Below, one piece after another: positions 8,504-16,092 of a DNA stretch of 62,969 nucleotides (its first letter is position 1; each line of letters begins with the position of its first letter). Under the pieces are notes generated by a model, which saw nothing but the letters and a program-made list of their open reading frames with translations, did no database searches and had not been told where the DNA came from. The stretch lies in the IMG/VR virus record IMGVR_UViG_3300025000_000012, positions 1-62,969 of that record, one strand, 5' to 3'. This DNA is from a virus. The position numbers and the translations under genes are program-made.

Positions 8504-10152
8504 GACACATCAAAATAATCATTGCTATTTTTTTGTGTTCTCCGTGTTATGCGGCATACACGCCAATAGTAGGGATACCAACACCAACATGGCCAAGCGG
8601 CGGTCTTGATATTGCTCGCCCCTCTTTGCCTGATCCATGGACCACAGACACGGCTGGGTTTTACTTTATCGAACGAGACGCCATTCCGGCATGTTCTGAC
8701 ACTCCAACAAACGGCGATCCGACGCACCCCCGTTGCGACTTTCCTTCCTCCATTCCAGCGGGGTCTGTTATCGTCATCAATGGAACATACGATCATTATA
8801 AGGTTCTGACGCTGACCGGAACCCTGAATAATGAAATATGGATTATGGGGTATGATCCTGAGAACCGACCGGTAATTCCAAACCATTTACAGTCTACCTT
8901 CGACTATGTGATAATGGACGGTATTGACTACACATGGAACTCCGACGATACCCCGTTTGAAGTTGCATCAGGGGCTCATGGCCATTTACTTGTACGTAAC
9001 TGTAACTTTACAAATCCATTCTACCAGAATGGCAATAACGGATCTGCACTCGGGCCAAAAGGTTCAAATATTATCATTTATAACAATACTTTTAATACAA
9101 TAGGAGATTGGGACAACACAGATTCAGGTGACACTGACAGACATGCGATCAAGCTAGACTCAAGCAATGTGAATATTAGTGATATTTGGATTTTGAACAA
9201 CACCTTTCAATATATCCAGGGTGATGCAATCCAGGTTGGGGATACTGAGGCAGCAAGCACAGTTGCCAACATATATGTTGGTGGAAATACAGCTAGTTAT
9301 TGCACACAGAACGGTTTTTGGGCGAAACAAGCAACTGATGTGATTTTCTCGTCCAATATTGCGTCCCACATGCCAAGGCCAAACCCCGATGGTGGTGGCG
9401 GTGGAGGCATGGGGGCGCAATATGACCCCGTAAGTGTCTGGTTCATAAACAACATTATTCACGACACAAAAGACGGAATAATGATTGCTGGTGCCAACAA
9501 TGGTGGCGGGGGACCATTTTACGCAGTCGGTAATTTAATTTACAACGTGCAAAATGACGAGAGCGTAAATGGGAGTTGCAATGCCTATAATTACGGGGCG
9601 TTGATGTACCGTAACGAGGGCGGTTTTTATGCAGTCAATAATACGATTGCTGACGTGGACTCATTTCTCGTTACCATTCGCACTTCCGGGGTTGTCGCTA
9701 TGGGTAATATTTTTTCATCAGCAAAAACTACCGTTTGTCCCGCAATAAATGTGGCTGAATATCCAGGAGCGATGGATTACAATCTATTCAATACAGATGC
9801 TGTTAAATTCGGGCATGATGGTGGTGCTGGTATAGATGATGCCACCATCGAATATACCTCAGTGACGGCTTTCAGGGCGGGAGAGTCGAAAGATGCTAAT
9901 GCCCCTGTATCTGCCGATCCACTCTTTGTGGCATCCGATAATTACTGCATCCAAACAACCTCACCAGCAAAAGACACTGGCATCCTCTCAGATGTTTATG
10001 TCACATTTCAATCCCTCTACGGCCTCGACATCCGCCGAGATATAACCGGAGGTGTCCGGCCATACAATACACTGTGGGATATCGGAGCCTATGAGTTCGG
10101 CGCTACCCCACCAGGCCAGAGATACCGAGTCAGGGCGGCGGTGAATGATTGA
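8500..10152 (+). CDS. Right-handed parallel beta-helix (pectate-lyase-like) protein, candidate tailspike/depolymerase (550 aa)
   Basis: Repeated beta-helix turns: NCNFTNPF, IIIYNNTFNTIGDW, IWILNNTFQYIQGDAIQVGD, VIFSSNIASH, WFINNIIHDT. Hydrophobic N-terminus MRHIKIIIAIFLCSPCYA. ATGA overlap with the upstream gene. Confidence 0.75.
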   Translation: MRHIKIIIAIFLCSPCYAAYTPIVGIPTPTWPSGGLDIARPSLPDPWTTDTAGFYFIERDAIPACSDTPTNGDPTHPRCDFPSSIPAGSVIVINGTYDHYKVLTLTGTLNNEIWIMGYDPENRPVIPNHLQSTFDYVIMDGIDYTWNSDDTPFEVASGAHGHLLVRNCNFTNPFYQNGNNGSALGPKGSNIIIYNNTFNTIGDWDNTDSGDTDRHAIKLDSSNVNISDIWILNNTFQYIQGDAIQVGDTEAASTVANIYVGGNTASYCTQNGFWAKQATDVIFSSNIASHMPRPNPDGGGGGGMGAQYDPVSVWFINNIIHDTKDGIMIAGANNGGGGPFYAVGNLIYNVQNDESVNGSCNAYNYGALMYRNEGGFYAVNNTIADVDSFLVTIRTSGVVAMGNIFSSAKTTVCPAINVAEYPGAMDYNLFNTDAVKFGHDGGAGIDDATIEYTSVTAFRAGESKDANAPVSADPLFVASDNYCIQTTSPAKDTGILSDVYVTFQSLYGLDIRRDITGGVRPYNTLWDIGAYEFGATPPGQRYRVRAAVND

Positions 10153-10185
10153 TAAGAAATTACTACCAATCAAAAGGAGATTTTC

Positions 10186-11028
10186 ATGTTAGTTGAAAAA
10201 GCCATAGAATTATACATGGAGTATCTCAGAAGTAATACTCGACCAAATACTGTCAGGGCGTTTTATTATACTCTTAGTAGATTTAAAGCGGTCTTCTCAG
10301 GCCAAGATTTAAATAATGTTAAGGATATTCAGATTATAGAATTTATTCATGATATATCCCCTGATTGTTCTTCTACAACTAAGAATACTAGGGTTAGCGC
10401 TCTTCGTGCATTCTATAACTTTATTAATGAAGTCGCGGATGACGGATTAGTTAATCCATGTATGCGCCCAATTGTACGTAAAATGTTTAAAGTCTCTCGT
10501 GGGTCTTCACCTAAGCTTTTAGATAAGGACTTAATTGATGAAATTATTTTTAGAACTATTAATGAACGTGACCGTTTGATTTTAGAACTTATGGGCCGAG
10601 CTGGAATGCGTGTAGGTGAAGTTCTTAATGTTCGTCCAAGTGATATAGATTCAGACGCCTCAACAATAGCAATCGCTGAGCCTAAGAGTGGCAGAGTTGG
10701 TGAAAAAGTTTTTATTACTAAGAAACTTTGTGGTAAACTTCAATCTTATATAACTAAACGGCCGTCAATCAAAAATAAAATTATTTTTGATATAAGTTAT
10801 TCTACTGCGCATCGTATGGTAAAGCGTTCTGGATTATTGGTTAATTCTAAATTAAGACCTCATGATCTACGAAGACATGCTGCTACACAGGCAAGTAGAA
10901 ATAGTATCCCTTTAGAAATAGTTTCAAAGGTTATTTTGAGACACGCAGATATATCAACAACCCAGCGATACTTAGGTACTGTTGACCCAAGTGAAGCGAG
11001 CCGTTGGATTGAACATTTAAATAGGTGA
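10186..11028 (+). CDS. int: Tyrosine recombinase / integrase (XerC/XerD-like, 280 aa)
   Basis: Catalytic signature GRAGMRVGE (Arg), HDLRRHAAT (HxxR), LRHADISTTQRYL (His...Tyr). N-terminal SAM-like core-binding domain. AAGGAG 7 nt upstream. About 33% G+C in a 60-nt sample counted by hand. Confidence 0.9.
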   Translation: MLVEKAIELYMEYLRSNTRPNTVRAFYYTLSRFKAVFSGQDLNNVKDIQIIEFIHDISPDCSSTTKNTRVSALRAFYNFINEVADDGLVNPCMRPIVRKMFKVSRGSSPKLLDKDLIDEIIFRTINERDRLILELMGRAGMRVGEVLNVRPSDIDSDASTIAIAEPKSGRVGEKVFITKKLCGKLQSYITKRPSIKNKIIFDISYSTAHRMVKRSGLLVNSKLRPHDLRRHAATQASRNSIPLEIVSKVILRHADISTTQRYLGTVDPSEASRWIEHLNR

Positions 11029-11144
11029 AAGAATGCGGTTTGAGAAACATCACGAAGAACTGTCACACTGGACAATAATGCTTGTGATCCTTGTATCGAC
11101 AGTATACAATTTCATAGCTGGAACAATCTACTAAAAGGAGAAAT

Positions 11145-11534
11145 GTGATGATGAGGACGGCGGGCTGTACAGGTGCTTGTGGAATAAAATTAATATTACT
11201 TATAGCCTGTCTATTTATCTCTTCTTGTGCTCCGATGCCGCAGCCGGATAAGATGTTTAAGGGTGTTCAACGCCTTACGCCGTTGGAAGATGTTGAGTTG
11301 ATAATCCATGAAGTAAGTCTTGGGGAATGTCTCTGGAAGTGCAACAAGATAGCCTGGGAAGTCAACCCGATTCTCCCAATTCTTGCCCTTGGTGCCGCTC
11401 CTGCATGTGGCAGAGCCTGGCATGACGGCAAAGGTGGTATCAGTAAGTGTGAAATCTGGGTGCCGAAAGGTGACAAGGGCGCGATGAAGCATGAGTTGAG
11501 GCACTGCCAGGGCATGGCGGATAGGTGGTATTAA
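11145..11534 (+). CDS. Small lipoprotein with HExxH motif (possible metallopeptidase, about 128 aa)
   Basis: Lipobox-like LFISSC after a hydrophobic segment. C-terminal MKHELRHCQG. The start is probably ATG 11148 (GGAG 7 nt upstream). Confidence 0.6.
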   Translation: MMMRTAGCTGACGIKLILLIACLFISSCAPMPQPDKMFKGVQRLTPLEDVELIIHEVSLGECLWKCNKIAWEVNPILPILALGAAPACGRAWHDGKGGISKCEIWVPKGDKGAMKHELRHCQGMADRWY

Positions 11535-11535
11535 T

Positions 11536-11808
11536 ATGAAATACGGCGACCAAGTATACGTTTGGAACGGAGAAAAGACAGCTACGCACTTGCAAGATTA
11601 TAATACTTGCCGACCAGACAAAGTTCATCGGCCTGGAGATATTTGGATGTTCATTCAGTATATTGATGATACCCTGGCTAAGCACTTAGCGGATAATAGG
11701 GCCCGATATATTTGTATACGAACAAAATCAAGAAGCGGTGGAAATGTTGTAGGAGTTCCAGTACTCTGGGAACATGCCGAAAAAATAACAAAAGGAGAAA
11801 TAGGATGA
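11536..11808 (+). CDS. Hypothetical protein (90 aa)
   Basis: ATG 1 nt after the upstream stop. Its own stop overlaps the next start (ATGATG). Confidence 0.55.
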   Translation: MKYGDQVYVWNGEKTATHLQDYNTCRPDKVHRPGDIWMFIQYIDDTLAKHLADNRARYICIRTKSRSGGNVVGVPVLWEHAEKITKGEIG

Positions 11809-12281
11809 TGCGGAGAGCAGAGAACGAGGCAATGAAGACCGTAGGACTAGCATGGTTGGTTGCTATTATAGCTGGATGTTTTGTTCTTGGTGGGTGTACT
11901 ATTAAGACTGCTGAGTATAATTTTAATCAGGGTGTGCCAGATAAAGCTACGCAGCAAGTAGCGCAGGCAAAAGGTTTGACTGGCCCATCAGATATTGGTG
12001 GTGGATGTGGAAACACCATCGTTATTGTCGAGGAAACCAAGCAGGATTCTGAAGCTGCTGCTAGTACTCAAGGTGCAAGTGCTGCAACAGGGGCTATGAA
12101 GGATGTAATCAGTAAGCTGACAAACGATCTGCGACAGACTGATAGCAATAACCCGACAACTACAACCACGACTACAACAAATCCGATTACACCAGTCACT
12201 CCGATTACACCAGTCACTCCGACTACACCTGAGCCTACTGCGCCACTACCTGGTCAAGGCGAATTTGAGGAGATTGAATAA
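11805..12281 (+). CDS. Lipoprotein with Thr/Pro-rich linker (158 aa)
   Basis: Start re-set to ATG 11805 (AAAGGAG upstream). Lipobox VLGGC. NPTTTTTTTTNPITPVTPITPVTPTTPEP tract (18-bp DNA repeat). Confidence 0.65.
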   Translation: MMRRAENEAMKTVGLAWLVAIIAGCFVLGGCTIKTAEYNFNQGVPDKATQQVAQAKGLTGPSDIGGGCGNTIVIVEETKQDSEAAASTQGASAATGAMKDVISKLTNDLRQTDSNNPTTTTTTTTNPITPVTPITPVTPTTPEPTAPLPGQGEFEEIE

Positions 12282-12970
12282 TGCCTACTTGTCCAAAATG
12301 CGGAAACGTTTTCACTGAGCAGCCGATACTTTCTGGAAAGCCATTCCCTCATAAAGTAACCTGGGAACTTGATAGTGATCAGGGTAACGGTTCTGCGTGT
12401 ATCTTGTTTAGAACTTTACAGGATGCTGACATTATTGCTGTTACAGTAAATGGTGAAAAAGCCAGAAAAGGTATTCCTTATAAAGGTTGTCCGGTTTTCT
12501 TGATGAGTAAGCCTGGAGGTAGTTATAAAAATCCTCTGATTATGGCTATTACAATGTCTGATAATGTAACTTATGCTTATGTTGCCAATGCTTCCGGTGG
12601 AGGAACAGGTGGTGGAGGCGGTGGTACAGGTAATTATCTTCACAAGGCTACGTACGATTCATATGGAGTTCGGAATGGTAGACAGGCATGGAGGATTGAT
12701 AAGCGGGGCGATAGTTTAGGTCCAGGCCCTGTGAAGTTTACTTTCTCTTCTGGAAAAACCTTTACAGTGAAATCAACTGCGAAAAATTGTCGCGATCAAG
12801 AATCAACTTGTAGCAGAAACAGCAAGTCACCTATGTACGGATTTGTTTTTAAGCCCGGAAACGGGCGACCGAACGGCGAAGGAGATAGCGATATTGGTAC
12901 GAGCCATGGTGGAATATATCTACATGCCCCACATGGAGACAGTAGTAAGCAAGTAATTATGGAATGGTAA
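12281..12970 (+). CDS. Hypothetical protein with N-terminal zinc-ribbon-like CPKC and a poly-Gly linker (229 aa)
   Basis: MPTCPKCGNVF. SGGGTGGGGGGTGNY linker. TAATG overlap with the upstream stop. Confidence 0.65.
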   Translation: MPTCPKCGNVFTEQPILSGKPFPHKVTWELDSDQGNGSACILFRTLQDADIIAVTVNGEKARKGIPYKGCPVFLMSKPGGSYKNPLIMAITMSDNVTYAYVANASGGGTGGGGGGTGNYLHKATYDSYGVRNGRQAWRIDKRGDSLGPGPVKFTFSSGKTFTVKSTAKNCRDQESTCSRNSKSPMYGFVFKPGNGRPNGEGDSDIGTSHGGIYLHAPHGDSSKQVIMEW

Positions 12971-12971
12971 A

Positions 12972-13253
12972 GTGATTATCTGTGAGTACTGTTTAGCTGA
13001 ATTTCATGGTAGAACATTTTGTCCAGGGTGTGGAGTGAGTATCTTGGAGACACGAACTATAGCAGATGAAAGTTTACTGATGATAACAATGCGTGGTGTT
13101 AAAGACAGATACGCGCAGTGTGAAGAGTTGTTTTGTTTTGCTTATGATATTATGGGAAAGCTACCAGATATATGGTGTCCGCACTTTCAGCAGATTAATG
13201 GAAAGAAGACTTGTGATAATTGTGGTACTACTAACAAAGAGGTGAGTAGATGA
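12972..13253 (+). CDS. Cys-rich (zinc-ribbon-like) protein (93 aa)
   Basis: GTG start. CEYC...CPGC and CDNCG pairs. Confidence 0.5.
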   Translation: MIICEYCLAEFHGRTFCPGCGVSILETRTIADESLLMITMRGVKDRYAQCEELFCFAYDIMGKLPDIWCPHFQQINGKKTCDNCGTTNKEVSR

Positions 13254-13603
13254 ATCTGAAGTTCATGACAGATGTATTTAGGGTAGGTCAGCAAGTTAGA
13301 AACCCCGAGACGTGGAAAAATGCCGGCACAATGTTTGCTACGGTAACAGGGCTTCTAGGTATTGCATTTGCAGCTTTACGACACTTCGGGTATATTACGG
13401 TTGAACTTACTGCTGCAGATGCGGAAGTAATAGCTGGAATCTTAATATCTCTCGGAAGTCTTTTCCATATTATCTGGACAAAAATAACGAGCAAAAAAGT
13501 TGGAGTTCCTGGATTAGATAAGGCCGAGCCCACAAGACCTGTTAAAGCTGAAGAACTTGAAAGACCATCCACACCTGGTCAAAGTGAGGTGCTGCGTGGT
13601 TGA
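13250..13603 (+). CDS. Two-TM membrane protein, holin candidate (117 aa)
   Basis: ATGA overlap with GAGGTGAG upstream. Hydrophobic helices GTMFATVTGLLGIAFAAL and VIAGILISLGSLFHIIW, then a charged tail. Confidence 0.55.
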   Translation: MNLKFMTDVFRVGQQVRNPETWKNAGTMFATVTGLLGIAFAALRHFGYITVELTAADAEVIAGILISLGSLFHIIWTKITSKKVGVPGLDKAEPTRPVKAEELERPSTPGQSEVLRG

Positions 13604-14006
13604 AGATGAACCTGAAAAAGAGGGAAATTTAAAAGGTTGCAGTTTCTCTGAAGACGGAGTATGTAAGCTACACGGCGTAGAAGTTGAGCGTAGAGTTAAG
13701 TCAGTTGCGATTCAGAATTGGCTTCTTGGGTGGTCAGTTCTCGTTATGGTGTTTGTCGGTGGGGCTTATATCTATACCCGGGAAGTGAAGAATGATATAA
13801 ATATTCGTCATGCATATGATACTAATTCAGCCAATACAAGTATCAAAGAACTAGCAAAACAAGTTGAGGCTCTTATGAATGGCCAGACTAGAACAGAAGA
13901 AAGATATGAGTCCTTGCTACGTGCCATAACAGACATGAATGCTAATATATCAGCACTCATGTATTTGCAGTTTGAAAAAGCTGATGCTAAGTCGAAAGGC
14001 AAATAA
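13557..14006 (+). CDS. Single-TM protein with C-terminal coiled-coil-like region (holin/antiholin or spanin-like candidate)
   Basis: TM LLGWSVLVMVFVGGAYIY. The real start may be GTG 13596 (GAGG 7 nt upstream) rather than 13557. Confidence 0.5.
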   Translation: MKDHPHLVKVRCCVVEDEPEKEGNLKGCSFSEDGVCKLHGVEVERRVKSVAIQNWLLGWSVLVMVFVGGAYIYTREVKNDINIRHAYDTNSANTSIKELAKQVEALMNGQTRTEERYESLLRAITDMNANISALMYLQFEKADAKSKGK

Positions 14007-14049
14007 GGTCATCCGGTGATAGTACCACAAATTTAATCATGGAGCCATC

Positions 14050-14280
14050 GTGGCTGAGAAACCTAGAGACTACAAAAGAGAGTACGCATTGTACCACGGC
14101 AAGCCTGAGCAGATCAAACGACGAGCTCAGCGAAACAAGTCACGGCGGGCCTTAGCTAAACAGGGTTTAGTTCACAAAGGCGATGGCAAAGATTGTCATC
14201 ATCGCGACAATAATCCCTTTAACCAAGGCCGGTCTAATCTGGCTATAATATCTAAGTCTAAGAATAGGAGTATGAAATGA
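14050..14280 (+). CDS. Small HNH-like nuclease-motif protein (76 aa)
   Basis: GTG start after GGAG. KGDGKDCHHRDNNPFNQGRSNLAIISKSKNR resembles an HNH core (H...N...N). Confidence 0.6.
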   Translation: MAEKPRDYKREYALYHGKPEQIKRRAQRNKSRRALAKQGLVHKGDGKDCHHRDNNPFNQGRSNLAIISKSKNRSMK

Positions 14281-14438
14281 CGGTAAGAGACTGGTTTAAG
14301 AAGAAAGGAAGCACTGCAGAAAAGAAACCCGTAACTAAACCTGTACAGGTGAAAGACAAGACGTCTACTACGATTAAAGGTGCCGTGAAGAATATCACGG
14401 ATCGGAAACGTATGCTTGACGAAGCAGCTGGAATGTAA
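14277..14438 (+). CDS. Unlisted small Lys-rich ORF (53 aa)
   Basis: ATG overlaps the upstream stop (ATGAAATGA) with GGAG 6 nt upstream. Translates MTVRDWFKKKGSTAEKKPVTKPVQVKDK... Below the ORF-track size cut-off. Confidence 0.4.
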   Translation: MTVRDWFKKKGSTAEKKPVTKPVQVKDKTSTTIKGAVKNITDRKRMLDEAAGM

Positions 14439-14471
14439 CTCCTGGTCACCTCCTACGGACCTTTATAATAC

Positions 14472-14576
14472 CCTTTCTTAAAGTGTACATTTGACTATAG
14501 CCGATCGAAATAAAAAAGTGTATAAACGTATTCGAGACTTTCGAAGAGTCAACCTCGATATGTTTATACACTTTTT
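14472..14576. repeat. Copy A of a ~105-bp inverted-repeat-bounded intergenic element, at the convergent junction (likely bidirectional terminator region)
   Basis: Co-linear without gaps with copy B (18843-18947). Identical blocks cctttcttaaagtgta (1-16), ataaacgtattcga (51-64) and tatgtttatacacttt (88-103). Extra internal arm AAAAAGTGTATAAAC (14512-) pairs with GTTTATACACTTTTT (14562-14576). Confidence 0.85.
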
Positions 14577-14603
14577 ATTTAGCTTCTAGAGGCCTAATCT
14601 GAG

Positions 14604-14885
14604 TTATATTTCAACTCGGTTAATGAGATACTTAATCTGCTCCAGGGTAACATGCATTTCATTTAAGGGCTCCGCGGTGCTTCTAAAGTACTCAGAACTT
14701 GGCGCAAAAAATGGTGGCGACGCTTCAGAGCATACTCGAGGATCTTCAACGATCAAGCAGCTTACGCGGGCCTGCACGAGGTCACGAATTTCAAAAATAA
14801 ATCCACGCATCTCATTTAACTTACGTACAAACTGCGCGCCTTCAGTATCTTTAGGATTTAACATTGGTCTACCTGCTTCTAACAT
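14604..14885 (-). CDS. Hypothetical protein (93 aa)
   Basis: GGAG 6 nt before the ATG. Last gene of the leftward block. Preferred over the antisense ORF 14623..14898 by strand context. Confidence 0.5.
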   Translation of the reverse strand: MLEAGRPMLNPKDTEGAQFVRKLNEMRGFIFEIRDLVQARVSCLIVEDPRVCSEASPPFFAPSSEYFRSTAEPLNEMHVTLEQIKYLINRVEI

Positions 14886-15327
14886 ACCATTCTCCTAGTA
14901 GCTCAGGTTCAATAAATACTACGGTTAGTTTTGCGTCCTCAATTAACTCAACAACAAACTCTTGATTCCATGATGACTCAGGGTCTATTGGTAGAGTCAC
15001 TATAGTCTTGATCCTCCCATTTTGAATTATGTTTCCGAGACACTGCGTACACGGTAAGCAGGGATAGATATAAATAGTATCCCCTATACCGTCAGCAGAA
15101 ATAAGACAGTTCACTTCAGCATGAACCATCAACAAGTTCTTCAGCTCTTTATCAGCCAATCTATATGGCGTGTCCTCTATACCTGTAGGAAACCCATTAT
15201 AGCCAACGCCTCGTATTCTATGACCCTCGGTGATGACTGCTCCGACTTTCTTATTGGGGTCCTTTGACCAGAGAGATACATGCCGAGCGAGCTGAAGATA
15301 TCGGACCCTCCATTTATCAATTTGCAT
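14869..15327 (-). CDS. dCMP (deoxycytidylate) deaminase
   Basis: Zinc-binding signature HAEVNCL ... PCLPCTQC. 152 aa. Confidence 0.9.
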   Translation of the reverse strand: MQIDKWRVRYLQLARHVSLWSKDPNKKVGAVITEGHRIRGVGYNGFPTGIEDTPYRLADKELKNLLMVHAEVNCLISADGIGDTIYIYPCLPCTQCLGNIIQNGRIKTIVTLPIDPESSWNQEFVVELIEDAKLTVVFIEPELLGEWYVRSR

Positions 15328-15328
15328 A

Positions 15329-16090
15329 TCAGTCTACTCGCATCATCGCTTCAAGCTCATCAATATCCTTCTGGGTAAGTCCTTCACCAGTCTCCGCAGC
15401 TTTCAGAAACGTAAATAACTTGGTCTTCCAGTCAAGATCTCGGTTATCCCAGTCAAGGAATAATCTAACTGCTTGCATAGGTGGAAGCCAGTATCCCTTC
15501 CTGGAGTACTTCATACATCGCAGAGTAGAGGATACCGGACAATGTATATTCTTTAACCGCAGGATTCTACGCGGCTCATCGTGCTCGAAGTCCGCGTCAA
15601 CTAACGCAGACTCTGCGGTCACTAACCCGCAGCGTACCACAGTAAAGTCAAAGTTTTCCAAGATATCCATCAAACTGCCAGTAGCGACGATTTTGCCCTC
15701 TTTTACTGGTTTAATAATCTGGATAACTGGCGTCTGAAACAGAGGACTCTCTGGGTCATCCACTTTTTTAAACGTTACAGCCATTGTGTTTTCGTGGACT
15801 ACGGAGACATTGTACTTCTTTTCCATCAACTCACGGAACTTGGTGAAGCTATCCTCATCTGGAAAATAAACATCGACATCGCCCGCGCGTTCTACGGACT
15901 TACTAGTTGAGCACATATACCGCACGTACCCTCCGCAGATAAGCCCGCCATACTCGCGTACAAGTGTAAACAACGTAGATATCTCAGTAAAGCCGCGGTA
16001 GACTTTGCTCGGTACAAAACCATCTTTTGATATATACGAGGGTTTCTTCTTTTCTTCCAAGTCGGTAGCATCGTCGATAAGATCTTCCAT
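15329..16090 (-). CDS. Nucleotidyltransferase-fold (Pol-beta superfamily) protein (253 aa)
   Basis: GGLICGGYVRYMCS...AGDVDVYF fits the G[GS]-x(n)-DxD head motif of Pol-beta NTases and resembles the GGxVRD..DxD head of CCA-adding/poly(A) polymerases. Inference from the motif only. Confidence 0.5.
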   Translation of the reverse strand: MEDLIDDATDLEEKKKPSYISKDGFVPSKVYRGFTEISTLFTLVREYGGLICGGYVRYMCSTSKSVERAGDVDVYFPDEDSFTKFRELMEKKYNVSVVHENTMAVTFKKVDDPESPLFQTPVIQIIKPVKEGKIVATGSLMDILENFDFTVVRCGLVTAESALVDADFEHDEPRRILRLKNIHCPVSSTLRCMKYSRKGYWLPPMQAVRLFLDWDNRDLDWKTKLFTFLKAAETGEGLTQKDIDELEAMMRVD

Positions 16091-16092
16091 AG

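Noticed and set aside
14258-14449. Minus-strand 63-aa hydrophobic ORF at the end of the late operon (and the plus-strand ORF 14623..14898)
   Set aside because: The GTG start abuts the AGGAGG with no spacer, and the ORF is antisense to an SD-supported, stop-start-coupled plus-strand ORF (14277..14438). Likewise 14623..14898 is antisense to the operon-consistent 14604..14885. Both are judged less likely, though not excluded.
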